From contig CAVOXA010000001.1 in the NCBI GenBank assembly GCA_963700285.1, forward strand, positions 1,056,001 to 1,120,000: a stretch of 64,000 bases of DNA, given 5' to 3'. The stretch comes from an uncultured Chloroflexia bacterium. Its GTDB lineage: Bacteria > Chloroflexota > Anaerolineae > JAAYZQ01. The notes under the pieces are model-generated. The model saw only the letters and a list, made by a program, of their open reading frames with translations. It had not been told where the DNA came from and did not search any database. Shown here one piece after another: positions 49,672-62,392 of this stretch; the stretch's first letter is position 1; each line of letters opens with the position of its first letter. The position numbers and the translations under genes are program-made.

Positions 49672-50284
49672 TCTCCCTCACTCCGAATGTTGGCCCACCC
49701 CCCCAACCGCGGGACCGGCCGCATCTGCCAGCAGGACTCTGCACGCCCGAACCTGTGGGCACACGGCGAGGGCCAGCGATCCAATGACCTCTATTTTCCG
49801 ATGATCGCGGTCACCCAGTACTACAAGGCGTGACGCGAGCAACCGTCCCATGTTTAGCCCCGTTGCACGCTGCCGGCGCCGAGACCAGATGGAAACTCCA
49901 GAAACCATTTGATCCAGGTGCGTACGAATCCCTTCGTGTAAAGAGCTGCTTGACGAGACGCCGTACTGGCGTCCAGTCTATCGCCAAGCTCGGGCGTTTG
50001 ACAAACCCCCTTCCTGATGATACCATGACCCAACACCTAATCCATCCTGCACAGTCGCCCGCAGGCTACTATACACCCGCAGGCAACTGCACACCCACAG
50101 GTCAAGGTAACGTGCATTGACAACGGTTCCAGCGACGTTCGCGCGCTGCTATCTGTGGAATGGCGGCCCCGGCTTGAGGTTCTTTGTGCTGCCAGGGTCT
50201 GGAAGACAGCATCACCGTGGGATGGAGTCCAATTCGCTCGAGGCACGACTGATAACTCAATCACATGATTAGCAAAGGAGGGAA

Positions 50285-53200
50285 GTGAGTATGGGGCAGA
50301 GACGGCAGTGTGTTCGCATTTTGGCAGGTCTACTGGTGTTAAGCCTGGTAGTCACATCTGTCCCGTGGACTGGTATACAGGTCCAGGCGCAGGCAACCGA
50401 GTTGTTCTTTTCCGAGTACATAGAGGGCTCGAGCAACAACAAGGCCCTGGAGATCTACAATGGCACCGGGGCCGCGATCGATCTGGCAGCCGGCGGCTAC
50501 AACGTCCAGATGTATTTCAACGGAAGTGCGAGCGCCGGCCTCACGATCAACCTGACCGGCACGGTGGCGGATGGGGATGTGTTCGTGCTGGCCCACTCCT
50601 CGCGCTGACGCGACCATCCTCGCCCAGGCTGACCAGACCAACGGCGCGGGGTGGTTCAATGGCAACGATGCGGTTGTGCTGCGCAATGGTACGACCATCC
50701 TTGATGTCATTGGCCAGATCGGCTTTAACCCCGGCACCGAATGGGGCAGCGGCCTGACCAGCACCGCCGACAACACCCTGCGCCGCAAGGCGACCATCTG
50801 TGCCGGCGATCCGGACGGCAGCAATGCCTTTGACCCATCCGTTGAGTGGGATGGTTTCGCCACGAATACCTTTGACGGACTGGGAGCGCACACGGCCAAC
50901 TGCGGTCCGACGCCGCAAGAGCCCAAGATCAACGAGTTCTCGGCCAGCACCACTGGCACCGATGTAGAGTACGTCGAGATCTTTGGCTCTGCGGATACCG
51001 ATTACTCTGCCTACACGGTTCTGGAAATCGAAGGGGATACGCACCGGCGCTGGCGTGGTTGACGAGGTCATCCCCGTCGGCACGACCGATTCCGCCGGAT
51101 TCTGGCTTGCAGAACCTGGCCGCAAATGCGCTGGAGAACGGCACGCATCACCCTGCTGCTGGTCAAGGACTTTAGCCGGTGCATTCAGCGACGATCTCGA
51201 CACGGACAATGATGGCGCCTTCGATGTCACGCCCTGGAGCGCGATCGTCGATGCCGTCGCTGTGAACGACGGTGGGGCAGGCGATCTGACCTACGGCGTG
51301 CCGGCCCTCGGCCCGAACTACGATGGCGTCAGCAGCTTTGCCCCCGGCGGCGCTTCGCGCTATCCCCGACGGCTTCGACACGGACAGCCGCCACCGACTG
51401 GGTGCGCAACGACTTCGACCTGGCCGGCATCCCCGGCTTCCCGGCACCATCGTGCCTGGGCGAGGCGTACAACACGCCCGGCGCACCGAACGAGATCTAT
51501 GTTCCGCCGCCCGAAGCCTGCGGCGACCCCTTCACGCCCATCTACGACGTGCAGGGCAACGGCCTGACCAGCCCGCTGGTGGGCACGGAAGTGGCCGTCG
51601 AAGGCGTCGTCGTCGGCGACTTTCAGAACAATGACCAGCCCGACAACGGCAACCTGAACGGCTTCCACGTTCAGGATCCGGTCGGCGATGGCGATCCAGC
51701 CACCTCGGATGGCGTCTTTATCTACGCCCCAGGCGGCATGGATGTCAGCGTGGGCGATGCCGTGCGCGTGCGCGGCACGGTGTCCGAGTACAACGGCATG
51801 ACCGAGATCACCGCGAGCCAGATCTGGCTGTGCTCGAGCGGCAACAGCGTGGCTCCAACCGCACGTCTCACTGCCCGTGGCAAGTCTGGACGATTTCGAG
51901 CCCTTCGAGGGCATGCTGGTCACCTTCCCGCAGTCGCTCTACATCTCCGAGTACTTCAACTTTGACCGCTTCGGCGAGATCGTGCTGACCGCGGATCGCC
52001 AGTCCCAGCCGACGGCCGTCTACGAGCCTGGGTCGCCGGAGGCAGCAGCCGCTGGCGCAGGCTAACCTGCTCGACCGCATCACGCTCGACGATGGGCGCA
52101 CCACGCAGAACCCCGATCCGGCCATCCACCCCAACGGCGGCATCTTTGACCTGACCAACCTGTTCCGCGGCGGCGACACGGTCCAGAACGTGACCGGCGT
52201 GATGGACTACAGCTTTGGCCTGTACCGCATCCAGCCGACTCAGGGCGCGGACTATACCATCGGCCAATCCCCGCACCGGCCCAGCCCGACGACGTGGGCG
52301 GCAGCCTGAAGGTGGCCTCCTTCAACGTGCTCAACTACTTTACGACTCTTGACGACGGTGTCTGGATCTGTGGCCCGGCGGGAGACCAGGAATGCCGCGG
52401 CGCTGACACCCCTGAGGAGTTCACGCGCCAGCGGGACAAGATCATCGCCGCCCTGGCTGCCATCAATGCCGACGTGGTCGGGCTGATCGAGATCGAGAAC
52501 CATCCGGGCGATGTGCCCACGGCCGACCTGGTAGCTGGGCTCAACGATGTGATGGGCGCGGGAACCTACGACTACATCGCCACCGGCGCCATCGGCACCG
52601 ACGCCATCCGGCAGGCCTTCATCTACAAGCCGGCGACGGTGACGCCGCTGGGCGCCTACGCCATCCTCGATTCCTCGGTGGACCCCCGCTTCCTGGATGA
52701 CTACAACCGGCCGGTACTGGCCCAGACCTTTCAGGACAACGCCACCGGCGGCATCTTCACCGTGGCGGTCAACCACCTCAAGTCCAAGGGCTCGGACTGC
52801 AACGACGTCGGCGATCCCGATCTTGGCGATGGCGCCGGCAACTGCAACCTGACCCGCAAAGCCGCGGCCGAGGCCCTGGTGGACTGGCTGGCGACCGATC
52901 CCACCGGCAGCGGCGACGCCGACTTCCTGATCATCGGCGACCTGAACTCCTACGACAAGGAAGATCCGATCGACGTCTTGCTGGCTGGCGGCTACACCGA
53001 CCTGATCTACCAATTCCTGGGCGAATACGCCTACTCCTACGTCTTTGACGGCCAGATCGGCTACCTCGACCATGCCCTGGCCGGCGCGAACGTGAACCTG
53101 CTGGACGAGGTCACCGGCGTGACGGTCTGGCACATCAACGCCGACGAGCCCGACCTGATCGACTATGACATGAGCTTCAAGCAGGACGCCCAGGATGCGC

Positions 53201-53618
53201 TGTACGCGCCGGATGCCTACCGCTCCTCGGACCACGATCCGGTCATCGTCGGCCTGGATGTCTGCGACGAGATCGCGCCAACCTGGAGGTATCGGTGACT
53301 CCCGACACGCTCTGGCCGGCGAACCACAAGTACGTGGAAGTGCAGGTGAGCGTCGATCTGGTCGAGGACAACTTTGACCCGAACCCGCTGGTGACGCTGG
53401 TCTCGGTGACGTCCAACGAGCCAGACGACGGCCTGGGCGACGGCGACACCCCTGTCGATATCGTGATCGTCGATGACTTCAGCTTCAAGCTGCGGGCGGA
53501 GCGCTCCGGCACGGGCGAAGGCCGGATCTACACCATCACCTACCAGGTGACGGATGCCTGCGGCAACAGCACCGAGGCGACAGCCACGGTGACGGTGCCG
53601 CACGACAAGGGAGAATAG
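50285..53618 (+). CDS. ExeM/NucH-family extracellular endonuclease with a lamin-tail domain (several frameshifts)
   Basis: Signal peptide; [17 protein letters not shown]; IYDVQG; [31 protein letters not shown]. Confidence 0.88.
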
Positions 53619-53639
53619 GGACAAAAAGATAGCTGTGAA

Positions 53640-54050
53640 GGAACACTATAACGAATTGAGAAAGCAGCGGATTCCCGTCTGAGCGGCCATTCGTTGTAGT
53701 GTCCTACCGAATCTCCGAGCCCCGTTGGCGAGGTCGGGCCTGTATGGCAGACCTCGTCCTGGTGGGCCCCTGGACGGGGGCTCGGAGTGGGACAGGAACA
53801 GTGCAACGAATGGAGAAAACAACGAACGCTCCTCATGCGGGCAATTCGTTGCACTCCGAATTCGTTGTGGAGTCTGGCAGGAGTTCCGAGCCGTCGCGCT
53901 TCAGGGCGGGGGCTCAGAGCGGGCAGGAACACTACGACGAATGGAGAAAGGAACGAATGCTCCATGGGGGACAATCGGTTTGATTCCGAATTCGTTGTCG
54001 TGTTTGACAGGAGTTCCGAGCCGTCGCGCTCATGGGCGGGGGCCCGGAGC
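53640..54050. repeat. Three tandem 131-155 bp structured intergenic repeats
   Basis: Units start at 53640, 53795 and 53926 with GGAACA..ACGAAT; each has an ATTCGTTG counter-arm and a CCGAGCC/GGGGGCTC second hairpin. Confidence 0.78.
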
Positions 54051-54212
54051 CCTGGTGCTGACTGAATGATCGATGGAACCGGCTGCGGTCGCGGTCGCCG
54101 GTCTGGGCAGCCGATCACGAAAGGGGGTGACCGAGGAGGACGGATCAGCAAAGCATTGCAGTTCGCTACATGGTCGTAACACGATTCCAAAACAAAGAAG
54201 GAGAGACAAAAG

Positions 54213-56327
54213 ATGAAGCGCAAAATTGTGGCTGTACTGGGTGTCGTTGTGTTGTTTAGCAGCCTGCTGGTGGCTGCTATGCCGGTCAGTGCCGGGAAGG
54301 CGGATGTCGCAGATCTCCCCATCCCGGTTGATATCGACAGCATTCTAAAGGAGATGCCGGCACCTAAGCAGCCAGAGCCACAGGAAGCAGCTGTTCTGGC
54401 CGCGGATGGAGAGACAACCGCATCCCAGTGCTTTGGCAATAACGAGAGCCTTCCCATCACCATCACCAGCTTTGACCCGGCCAATCCTCTCAGCCAGGAT
54501 GTCGTGTTCTGGAGAGAAACCGCTGACGATTCCCCGGGTAAGGCCACGCTCTGGGTGGCATGGGACTTTGTGACAACGGCCTATGGCCGAGAGGATGTGA
54601 TCACCTGCGACCAGTTGGCCTACATGCAGAGCCAGATGGACAGCATTGTCGCCACGGACGTCGAGTACTTTGGCGAGTATGTACAGCGTCCGGCAGGCAA
54701 TGAAAACATCGACGTGATGATCTACAACATTGTCGACGAGAGCTATTTCGATCCGGACTACCCCTTTTACGTCGCCGGCTTTTTCTGGTCGAACATTAAC
54801 AACGAGCTGGATCGAAACATGATCTTTATTGATACGTTGGACTGGGTCAACCGCATCGGACCCGATGCTACACGTCCATATCTCTACGAGGGTACGGTTG
54901 CTCACGAGCTCCAGCACCTGATCCACAACGACCACGATTCTCAGGAGCTTTCCTGGGTGGAGGAGGGGCTGTCCGACCTGGCAGAATACCTGAATGGATT
55001 CGGCCACCCCGACGGTCATGTGGTCTACTACCTGGCCTACCATCGCACCTCACTGACGGTCTGGGGCGGTGGGCTGGAGGACTATGGCGCCAGCTATCTT
55101 TTCCAGCTATACCTGCTGGAGAATTTTGGCTCCAAGACGGCCGGCAAATGGGATCCTGGATGGACACACGCCTTGTGTGGCGATCCACGCACGGGCATCG
55201 ATGGTATCCAAGGCCTGACCGGGATGAGTATGAGCGATCTCTATGACGCCTGGGTCCTGGCCAACTACCTGGACGATCCATCACTGGAAGGCCCAGGCGA
55301 TTTGCCCCTGGGTTACGACGAGATTGACCTTGTCCCCTTCACCAGCCGGGCCTACAGTCCATGGTCGATTGCGCGGTCCATCAACGACATCTATGGCAGT
55401 GACCACAAGGGCAATCTGCCCATCGCTCGCTACTGGGGCGGCTACAAGTCGGGCACTGTCGAATATCCGCTGGGCGCCTTGCCCCCGTATGCGCCGCTGT
55501 ACGGCACCTACAAGGGCATGCAACCTACGATGGATGTCCTACTGCGTGGGGACGCCGAGTCTGGTGTGGCTCCCAACTCCGGCGGCTATGAGGTGGCGAG
55601 TGGCGGCGGCAACCTGCTTACTGATCGCATGCTGGCGCTCAAAGAGGAGGTCGGGGGCACCCTGACTTTCTGGACCTGGTTCCACATCGAGGAGGACTGG
55701 GACTTTGGTTTTGTTGAAGCCTCCGCCGATGGCGGATCGACTTGGGAACCACTTGCGGGCAGTATCACCCGCCAAAGCGACAATCCCTTTGGTTCCACTG
55801 CTTGGGAAAACTCGCTTGTCGCTGGACAGGCCAGTACAGACACGGCGATCACCGGCATGAGCTGCGCCCAAGCCAGTTGTGAGCATCCAGAGTGGGTGGA
55901 GGCCACCTTTGAGTTGCCCGCAGCTAGCGGCGTGTTGGTTCGGCTCTCCTACTACACCGACGATGCGTACAACGACCCTGGTTGGTTCATCGACGACGTC
56001 CAGGTAAATGGCTTCAGCGATGGCTTTGAGAGTGGTACCGGCAACTGGGATCTGGGTGGCTGGACGCCGACTAGCGGCCTGTTTGCCAATGACTGGGTGG
56101 CGGGGTACGTTAATCCTGTCTATGCCAAGGGCAAGTTCTCCCATCTGGACTATGGATACTTTGATGACGACGTGATGGATGGCGCTTATGAGTACGAGAT
56201 GGGTGCCGTCGATACCAGCCGGCTGCAGAAGGATCAGGCAACCGTAGTCATTTCCAACCGTCCGGGTTGGAGCGACTTTGCCGCCAACTACTTGCTGCTG
56301 GTTGAGAAAGGCGATGCCTCGCAGTAG
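54213..56327 (+). CDS. Secreted zinc metallopeptidase (immune inhibitor A/M6-M30-like)
   Basis: Signal peptide; AHELQHLIH, WVEEGLS; IEEDWDFGFVE, GWFIDDV. Confidence 0.85.
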   Translation: MKRKIVAVLGVVVLFSSLLVAAMPVSAGKADVADLPIPVDIDSILKEMPAPKQPEPQEAAVLAADGETTASQCFGNNESLPITITSFDPANPLSQDVVFWRETADDSPGKATLWVAWDFVTTAYGREDVITCDQLAYMQSQMDSIVATDVEYFGEYVQRPAGNENIDVMIYNIVDESYFDPDYPFYVAGFFWSNINNELDRNMIFIDTLDWVNRIGPDATRPYLYEGTVAHELQHLIHNDHDSQELSWVEEGLSDLAEYLNGFGHPDGHVVYYLAYHRTSLTVWGGGLEDYGASYLFQLYLLENFGSKTAGKWDPGWTHALCGDPRTGIDGIQGLTGMSMSDLYDAWVLANYLDDPSLEGPGDLPLGYDEIDLVPFTSRAYSPWSIARSINDIYGSDHKGNLPIARYWGGYKSGTVEYPLGALPPYAPLYGTYKGMQPTMDVLLRGDAESGVAPNSGGYEVASGGGNLLTDRMLALKEEVGGTLTFWTWFHIEEDWDFGFVEASADGGSTWEPLAGSITRQSDNPFGSTAWENSLVAGQASTDTAITGMSCAQASCEHPEWVEATFELPAASGVLVRLSYYTDDAYNDPGWFIDDVQVNGFSDGFESGTGNWDLGGWTPTSGLFANDWVAGYVNPVYAKGKFSHLDYGYFDDDVMDGAYEYEMGAVDTSRLQKDQATVVISNRPGWSDFAANYLLLVEKGDASQ

Positions 56328-56356
56328 GCGCCTCGGGCGTGAGATCGTATGAAACG

Positions 56357-56391
56357 AAAGGGGCTGGCAGGATCCTGCCAGCCTCTTCTTT
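56357..56391. terminator. Bidirectional terminator
   Basis: GGCTGGCAG/CTGCCAGCC stem flanked by A and T tracts. Confidence 0.65.
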
Positions 56392-56412
56392 GCGCGTGGA
56401 GGGCTCAGATGG

Positions 56413-57048
56413 TCACTTCTCCGGGATTAGGAGAAGGTGGTCAGGCTCTATCGGCTCGACGGGCTGCCAGGGATGATCATCTTTGATGCCTTTGGATGAT
56501 GGCGGGTGGTCACTCCCAGCAGTCGAGCAGAACACTACCCGGCTAGTGCGTTCTGCATGATAGTCATATGCTTGCCCTTGTGCCTCTAGCTTAACTCGGT
56601 AGCCAGGTATGATCACCTGGGCGTACGCCAAGTCCGGCTGGGGGCAGCCCAAGCTGGCATCGGGCCAGATTACCTCCTTCACTGAACGGACGATGATGTC
56701 TTCCTCCGATACTCCAAGCCGCTGGGCGAGGTCAGCCACAGCCTGAGAAACTACCTTCTCGGCTCCCATTGTAGCCGAGCCGCCCAGTTCACGAGTTGCT
56801 GTCGTCGCCACGACCGGACTTGTTTGGGCTTTCGAAACTGCAGTAGGAACCTGGACATGGCTCTCCATGTGCGCGGCCGGCGTTGGCCTCGTTCTTGTTG
56901 GTGCACGGAGTCTGGTATTCGGGCCCTTTGTAGGTGGGACGGCGAAATCTGTAGCCAGTGTTGATCCCCTGCAGGCTGACAGGCCCAAGATCAAATGGAA
57001 AAGCATGATTGCTGCCAGTAGCCCTGGTGTGACGGTCCTTTTTCCCAT
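56413..57048 (-). CDS. Lipoprotein of unknown function
   Basis: LSAC lipobox; WPDASLGCP..YAQVIIPGY. Confidence 0.75.
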   Translation of the reverse strand: MGKRTVTPGLLAAIMLFHLILGLSACRGSTLATDFAVPPTKGPNTRLRAPTRTRPTPAAHMESHVQVPTAVSKAQTSPVVATTATRELGGSATMGAEKVVSQAVADLAQRLGVSEEDIIVRSVKEVIWPDASLGCPQPDLAYAQVIIPGYRVKLEAQGQAYDYHAERTSRVVFCSTAGSDHPPSSKGIKDDHPWQPVEPIEPDHLLLIPEK

Positions 57049-57344
57049 CAGTGAGTCCTCTTTCCTCGCCCCGCTTGGAGCGATGTTCCTCCCATGCTCT
57101 ATAAGGACGGTTCAGACAGAGCCGGTGTTCCATCTCGGAACGATTCCAAAAGGACGGCAGTCACGGCATTCGGGGCGTTCGGCCAGGCACGGGTTCGCGC
57201 GACCAGATCGCGGCCTTGACCAGGTTCGGGATTCATGATAGGCTATAGCTGGAGCGGTACCGTCGTGGCCGGCCCCTTAGGTGACTGCAGGAGAGAGCTT
57301 GCATCTCTTGTATTTTCAAGATAATTTCGCGATTATTCCAAGAA

Positions 57345-57373
57345 TTGACAGGCTGGCCACTATCGGTTATAAT
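57345..57373 (+). promoter_or_regulatory. Sigma70 promoter
   Basis: TTGACA-17 nt-TATAAT. Confidence 0.75.
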
Positions 57374-57455
57374 CGGGACCGCTTGGGCGGCAGGGATCTG
57401 GGCCACAGACCTCGCTACGAAGCGACCTGGCCAGCATAGGAGGATACTGCAATCT

Positions 57456-58951
57456 ATGCGCATTGCGCTGATCAATCCCAGATTCAGACTGCCCATCGAC
57501 ACCCGCACCAGCCCCCACCTGGGGCTGGCCTACCTGGGCGCCGTGTCCCAGGAGCGGGGCGACGAGGTGCGCATCTATGACGCCGACGTCGAGGAGCCAG
57601 CCGCTGGGCGAGTTTGTCGCCGAGTTCCAGCCCGACCTGGTGGGCATCACGGCCAATACGCCCCAGGTCAAGGGCGCCTGGCGCACCGCCGCCGCCATCA
57701 AGCAGGTCGCCGACGTTCCGGTGGTCCTGGGCGGCCCTCATGTCAGCGTCGTCTCGGAGCAGCTTGACTACGAGTCGCTTCGCCAGCCTGGGGTCGATCT
57801 GATCGTTCGTGGTGAGGGCGAGGCGACCTGGCTCGACATAAGCCAGCGCCTGGAGGATTGGAAGCGCGACCAGGAGTCCCACTCGACGGCCAGACTATTT
57901 GATCCGGCGCTGGGCCTGTGGGACGACATGGAGGGCATCAGCTACCGGACATCGGACGGTGAGCTGCACCGCAACCCGGACCGGCTTCCCATCGCCGATC
58001 TGGACAGCCTGCCCTGGCCGGCCTACGACCTGTTCAAGATGGACCATTATACCAGCCTGCAGCCGGCCACCGATGCCGTGGACGGGGCGCGCTCCTTCTC
58101 GATGATGACCAGCCGGGGTTGCCCGTACCGCTGTACCTTCTGCTCGCAGTCGATCATGCCCGTCAAGTGGCGCGCGCGGTCGGCCGAGAACGTGCTGGCG
58201 GAATGGCGGCACCTGGTGCGCGATCGCGACGCCCAGGAGATCGGCGTACTGGACGATTCGGCCAACATCCGCATGGGCCGCCTGGAGGAACTGTCGGATC
58301 TGCTGGTCGCCCAACAGACTCAACCACGTGCCCTGGATCTTTGTCAACGGCATCCGGGCCAACCTGGCTTCACTGGAACTCCTGACCAAGATGAAGGCCG
58401 CCGGTCTGCAGCGAACGGCCTTTGGTGTCGAGACCGGCGATCCGGACATGCTGGTCAGCATCGACAAGCGTACCGACCACGACGCCATCCGCCAGGCTTT
58501 CGTGAATGCCAAGAAGGCCGGCATCGAGACCATCGGCTTTTTCATCATCGGTTTGCCGGGCGATACCCGGGAGTCGATGCAGCGCACCATCGACTTTGCC
58601 ATCGAGGTGGACCCGCTCATCGCCAACTTTAGCATGATGACGCCCTATCCTGGCACCAAGGTCTACGAGATCGTCAAGGAGCAGGGGCGTTTTCTCATCG
58701 AGGACTGGGAGGACTATGTCTTCTTTGAGCAAAAGGCCCGCTACGAGATGGGCGACATGACGGCCGAGCTGGTGGAAGAGATGTACCGCCGGGCCTACCG
58801 CCAGTTCTACCTGCGGCCCAAGCCGGTTCTGCGCCGCTTGAAAACCAAGGGCTTCTGGCTGAACCTGCCGCGCAACGCGCGCATCGCCCTGCGGACCTTT
58901 GTGCCCAAGGCGGAAAAGACAGAGCTGCGCGAGCAGGTCGAGGAACGTTAG
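57456..58951 (+). CDS. B12-binding radical SAM protein (frameshifted)
   Basis: PHLGLAYL, GGPH, GEGE, SRGCPYRCTFC, FIIGLPG, PYPGT. Confidence 0.88.
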
Positions 58952-59007
58952 AACGTGTGCCAGACGTGCTGGAACGCTCTCAACGCTGTTGTGAGAGGTT
59001 TCTCTGA

Positions 59008-60475
59008 ATGAAGACGACGCTGATCTACCCCGGCATCGCCGGGCGGGGATTCAACAGCCTGAGCCAGGGCATGGATGCCGGCTGGGTATCGCACGGCCTG
59101 GCTTCCATCAGCGCTGCGGCCAAGGCCCAGGGCTTTGAGGTCGACCTGATCGACCTGCGCGCGCTGCGGGACTGGGATCACTTTCGCCAGGAGTTTGAGG
59201 CGCGCGACCCGGACGTGGTGGGCATCGGCATGATGTCGGTGGACTATAACCCTACCCGGCAGGCCCTGGAGATCGTCAAGGAAATCAAGCCGGAGACGGT
59301 GACCATCGTCGGCGGGCCGCACGTCACCCTCGCCCTGGACGACTCGCTCAGGATGCCCAACGTGGACTACTTGGTGACCCACGAGGCCGAGGTCACCTTC
59401 CCCAAGCTGCTGCGGGCCATCGAGCAGGGCGAGCTGCCCGCAGGCAAAGGTGCTCCGCGGCGAGACGCCCGACCTGGATGCCATCCCCTTTGCCGACCGC
59501 GACCTGTTCCTGGACGAGTGGCGCAAGTGGGGCTATGACCTCGACAGCCCCGAGGTGCCCTTTGTCAAGGAGCTGCCGGCGCCCTTTCTGACCATCATCG
59601 CCGGGCGGGGCTGCGTCTACAACTGCTCTTTCTGCAAGCCGGGCGAGGACCTCATCTTTGGCAAGGGGGTGCGCCGCCGCTCCGTGGACAACGTCATCGC
59701 ACGAGCTGGAGGAGCTGCGCGAGCGCTATCACTTTGCCAGCTTTATGTTCCACGACGACTGCCTGACCGAGGACCGGCGCTGGGTGGCCGAGTTCACCCG
59801 GCGCTACCAGGAGGAGGGCTTTACCCAGCCCTTTTTCTGCCAGAGCCGGGCCGACATCATCGCCCGCCACCCGGACATGGTGGAGATGATGGCCGATGCC
59901 GGTCTTGCGGGCTACTTTCGTCGGCTTTGAGAGCGGCAACGACGCGGGTGCTCAACTTTCTGCGCAAGGGCACCACGCCGGAGCGGAACCTGGAAGCGGC
60001 CCAGGTCTGCCGCCAGTATGGCCTCACCATCTGGGCCAACTATATGCTGGGCATTCCCACCGAGACCAAGGACGAGGTCATGGACACGGTCAACATGATC
60101 CGCGAGATCGATCCCGACTACTACAGCCCAGCTTTCTTCACACCCCATCCGGGCACCGATCTGTACGACTATTGCGTCGAGCACGACCTGAGCCTGATCA
60201 CCGACTATGACAGCTACCGCCGCAATCCCACCGAACCCAAGATCAAGGGCCAGGACTACGAGTTCCTCAAATGGGCCCGAGACCACAGCCAGGAACGGTT
60301 GTTCAAGAACCGTGTGCGCCGCGGAGGGCGGGCCTTTGCCGAAAAGTACGCCGATCCGGCCCGCTATGCCCGCAAGGCGCGCAAGATCCTGGGCGTTCAG
60401 ACGCCGGGTTCGGACAATGGCTCGTTTCGGGCGGTGAGGGCGCGGGATAGACAGTTCGAGACGGTATCAGGCTGA
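59008..60475 (+). CDS. Second B12-binding radical SAM protein (frameshifted)
   Basis: GGPH, GRGCVYNCSFC, GFESG, MLGIPTE, PHPGT. Confidence 0.88.
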
Positions 60476-61883
60476 CCCGAGTCCCAGCCAGGCCGCAAAG
60501 CGAGTCCAGAAGGAGGCCGCTGGTTCCGGATCCGGGTCCTTTCCCTCCAGACCGGGATCGGCAGGTGGCTCATAGGCCATCAGGCGCCCGCTCGGTTCAC
60601 CGGCATCGTCATAGTTGATGCGCACGTAGCTGAGCAGTCGTTCGTCCGTAAAGCGCTCCGGATGCTGAAAGAGTTCCTGCCAGGTATGTTCGCCGGCTGC
60701 GGAGAGGTCGGCGCGCCAGGTCCATGTCCCACTGTTGATATAGGTACCGCCATCCGGTAGGAGCTCCTTGGCCGCGTCGTGGGTATGGCCAAAAGTCACC
60801 AGTTTGACACCTTCTTCTTGTGCCCGCACCTTGGCAATCTCGTATAACGAGGAATTGACCCTGGCCCGTATCTGGTCGCCCATGGCCACCGGGTCCGGCT
60901 GGCGGGGCATGGGGGCCAGATCCCCTTTGTCAAGTTCGGTGGATGCGGCCAGGATGTCCGCTACCTCGGCGTTAAATTCGGCGCGGTAGGCCTCGTCGGA
61001 CTCGTAGCGCTGCGCCATTTCCTGCCACCTGGACGGGATCTTCCAATTGGCGAAGAAGCGTTGCGCTTGGTTCCTCCGCGCCGGGTTCCTCGACGTCGCG
61101 GACGACTTCGGAAAAGATGCCCGGCAGGGCACGGATCAGTGTGGCGATGGACCGTGCGGCAAAGGGAAAATCGTAGGCCAGCGCGTACCAGACCAGGGCG
61201 GTGATGGGCTTGACGCCGTCGATCCAGTACTTGTCCCTTTCTACCTCGTTAAAGACGTCCATGACAAACCAGGAACCGGCCGGGATGGCCAACTGGCCCG
61301 GTTTGTCGTGGTCATGGGGCTCCTCCATGTCATCCACCCGGTCCACGACCTCTGCATACTGATTGCCGTGCTCAACGTAAATGCCCTCACGGCTGATGCG
61401 CCGTTCCTCAAAGATCAGCAGTGCAGCCCGGTCCCCGGTGGCAGCGACGGCTTGGCGGATGGCCTGCTGTACGGCTGGCCAGTGCAGGTTGACGTCGTGG
61501 TTGCCCTTCACAAAGGTCAGGTAGCGGGGCGGCGGCCCTGTCTGGATGAACCGCTGTAGGGCATCGAAAAAGATTGGGTGCCCGGCGATGATGAGGCGCA
61601 TCTTGCGCTTCGAATCTGGCTCCGACGAGGAATGATACCGCTTGGGCCGGTACTCCCGGGCCGGATCAAATTCGTCGACGTGGGGTACCTGGAGCATCTC
61701 AAATGCGTCGCCATTGATGATCAACTCTACCTCTGTGCCATCACGGTCGCTCTCGGCGGCGATGTCGTCCAGAAAGGCGGAAAATTCTTTGTCGCTGCCA
61801 AAATCCTCCAGAGGGTTTCCCTCATCCACGCGACCCGCACTAAGATGCAGGTCACTGATGACAATCTTGAACTTGCCGGGCAT
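60467..61883 (-). CDS. Calcineurin-like metallophosphoesterase (frameshift near 61080)
   Basis: ISDLH, NGD, GNHD, EHG, FGHTH, NSGTW. Confidence 0.85.
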
Positions 61884-62392
61884 CATACACCTCCTGTTCA
61901 CTCTCAGTAGTCAGCTTTTCCTCGTCATGGATGCGCCACAGCTTTTCCAACCAGGCAGGCGTGGTCGCTTCTGGGATCAGGTCGCCACGGCGGAGGTAGG
62001 GTTTCAGGTCGAGGATCGGGGTGCCCTCAAAAGCGTCCAGGCCCTGTACATAGAGTCGCACACCCTGCCGCTCCAGTAGGCGGACGGGGGTGATAGCGAT
62101 AGGGTTGGGCCGGTGGGGCGAGCGCGTAGCAAAAATGCCTCGCAGCGGCATTTCCTCACGTCCTTCGGGCCGGACCTGTAGCGAATCCAGGTCCAAACCG
62201 GAGGGAGCTTGATCCAGCCACCACAGTCACCCAGATGTGAGAGAACTCTTCGATCCCATCGAGTGCCTCTTTCCAGGCTGCGTCTATCTCGATCACTGCC
62301 TGCTCTGCATCCAAGTTACGGGCTTTGGGCCGTGTGGGGCCCTGCACGACCCGCCCAATGGCCTTGAGTTGGAGATTAGGATCCTTCTTCAT
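61852..62392 (-). CDS. tsaA: tRNA N6-methyltransferase TrmO/TsaA (frameshift near 62220)
   Basis: IGRV, LDGIEEFSH, GIFATRSPHRPNPI, DAFEGTPILDLKPY. Confidence 0.85.

Noticed and set aside
53640-54050. CRISPR array
   Set aside because: Units are 131-155 nt, degenerate and similar along their length; no cas genes in the window
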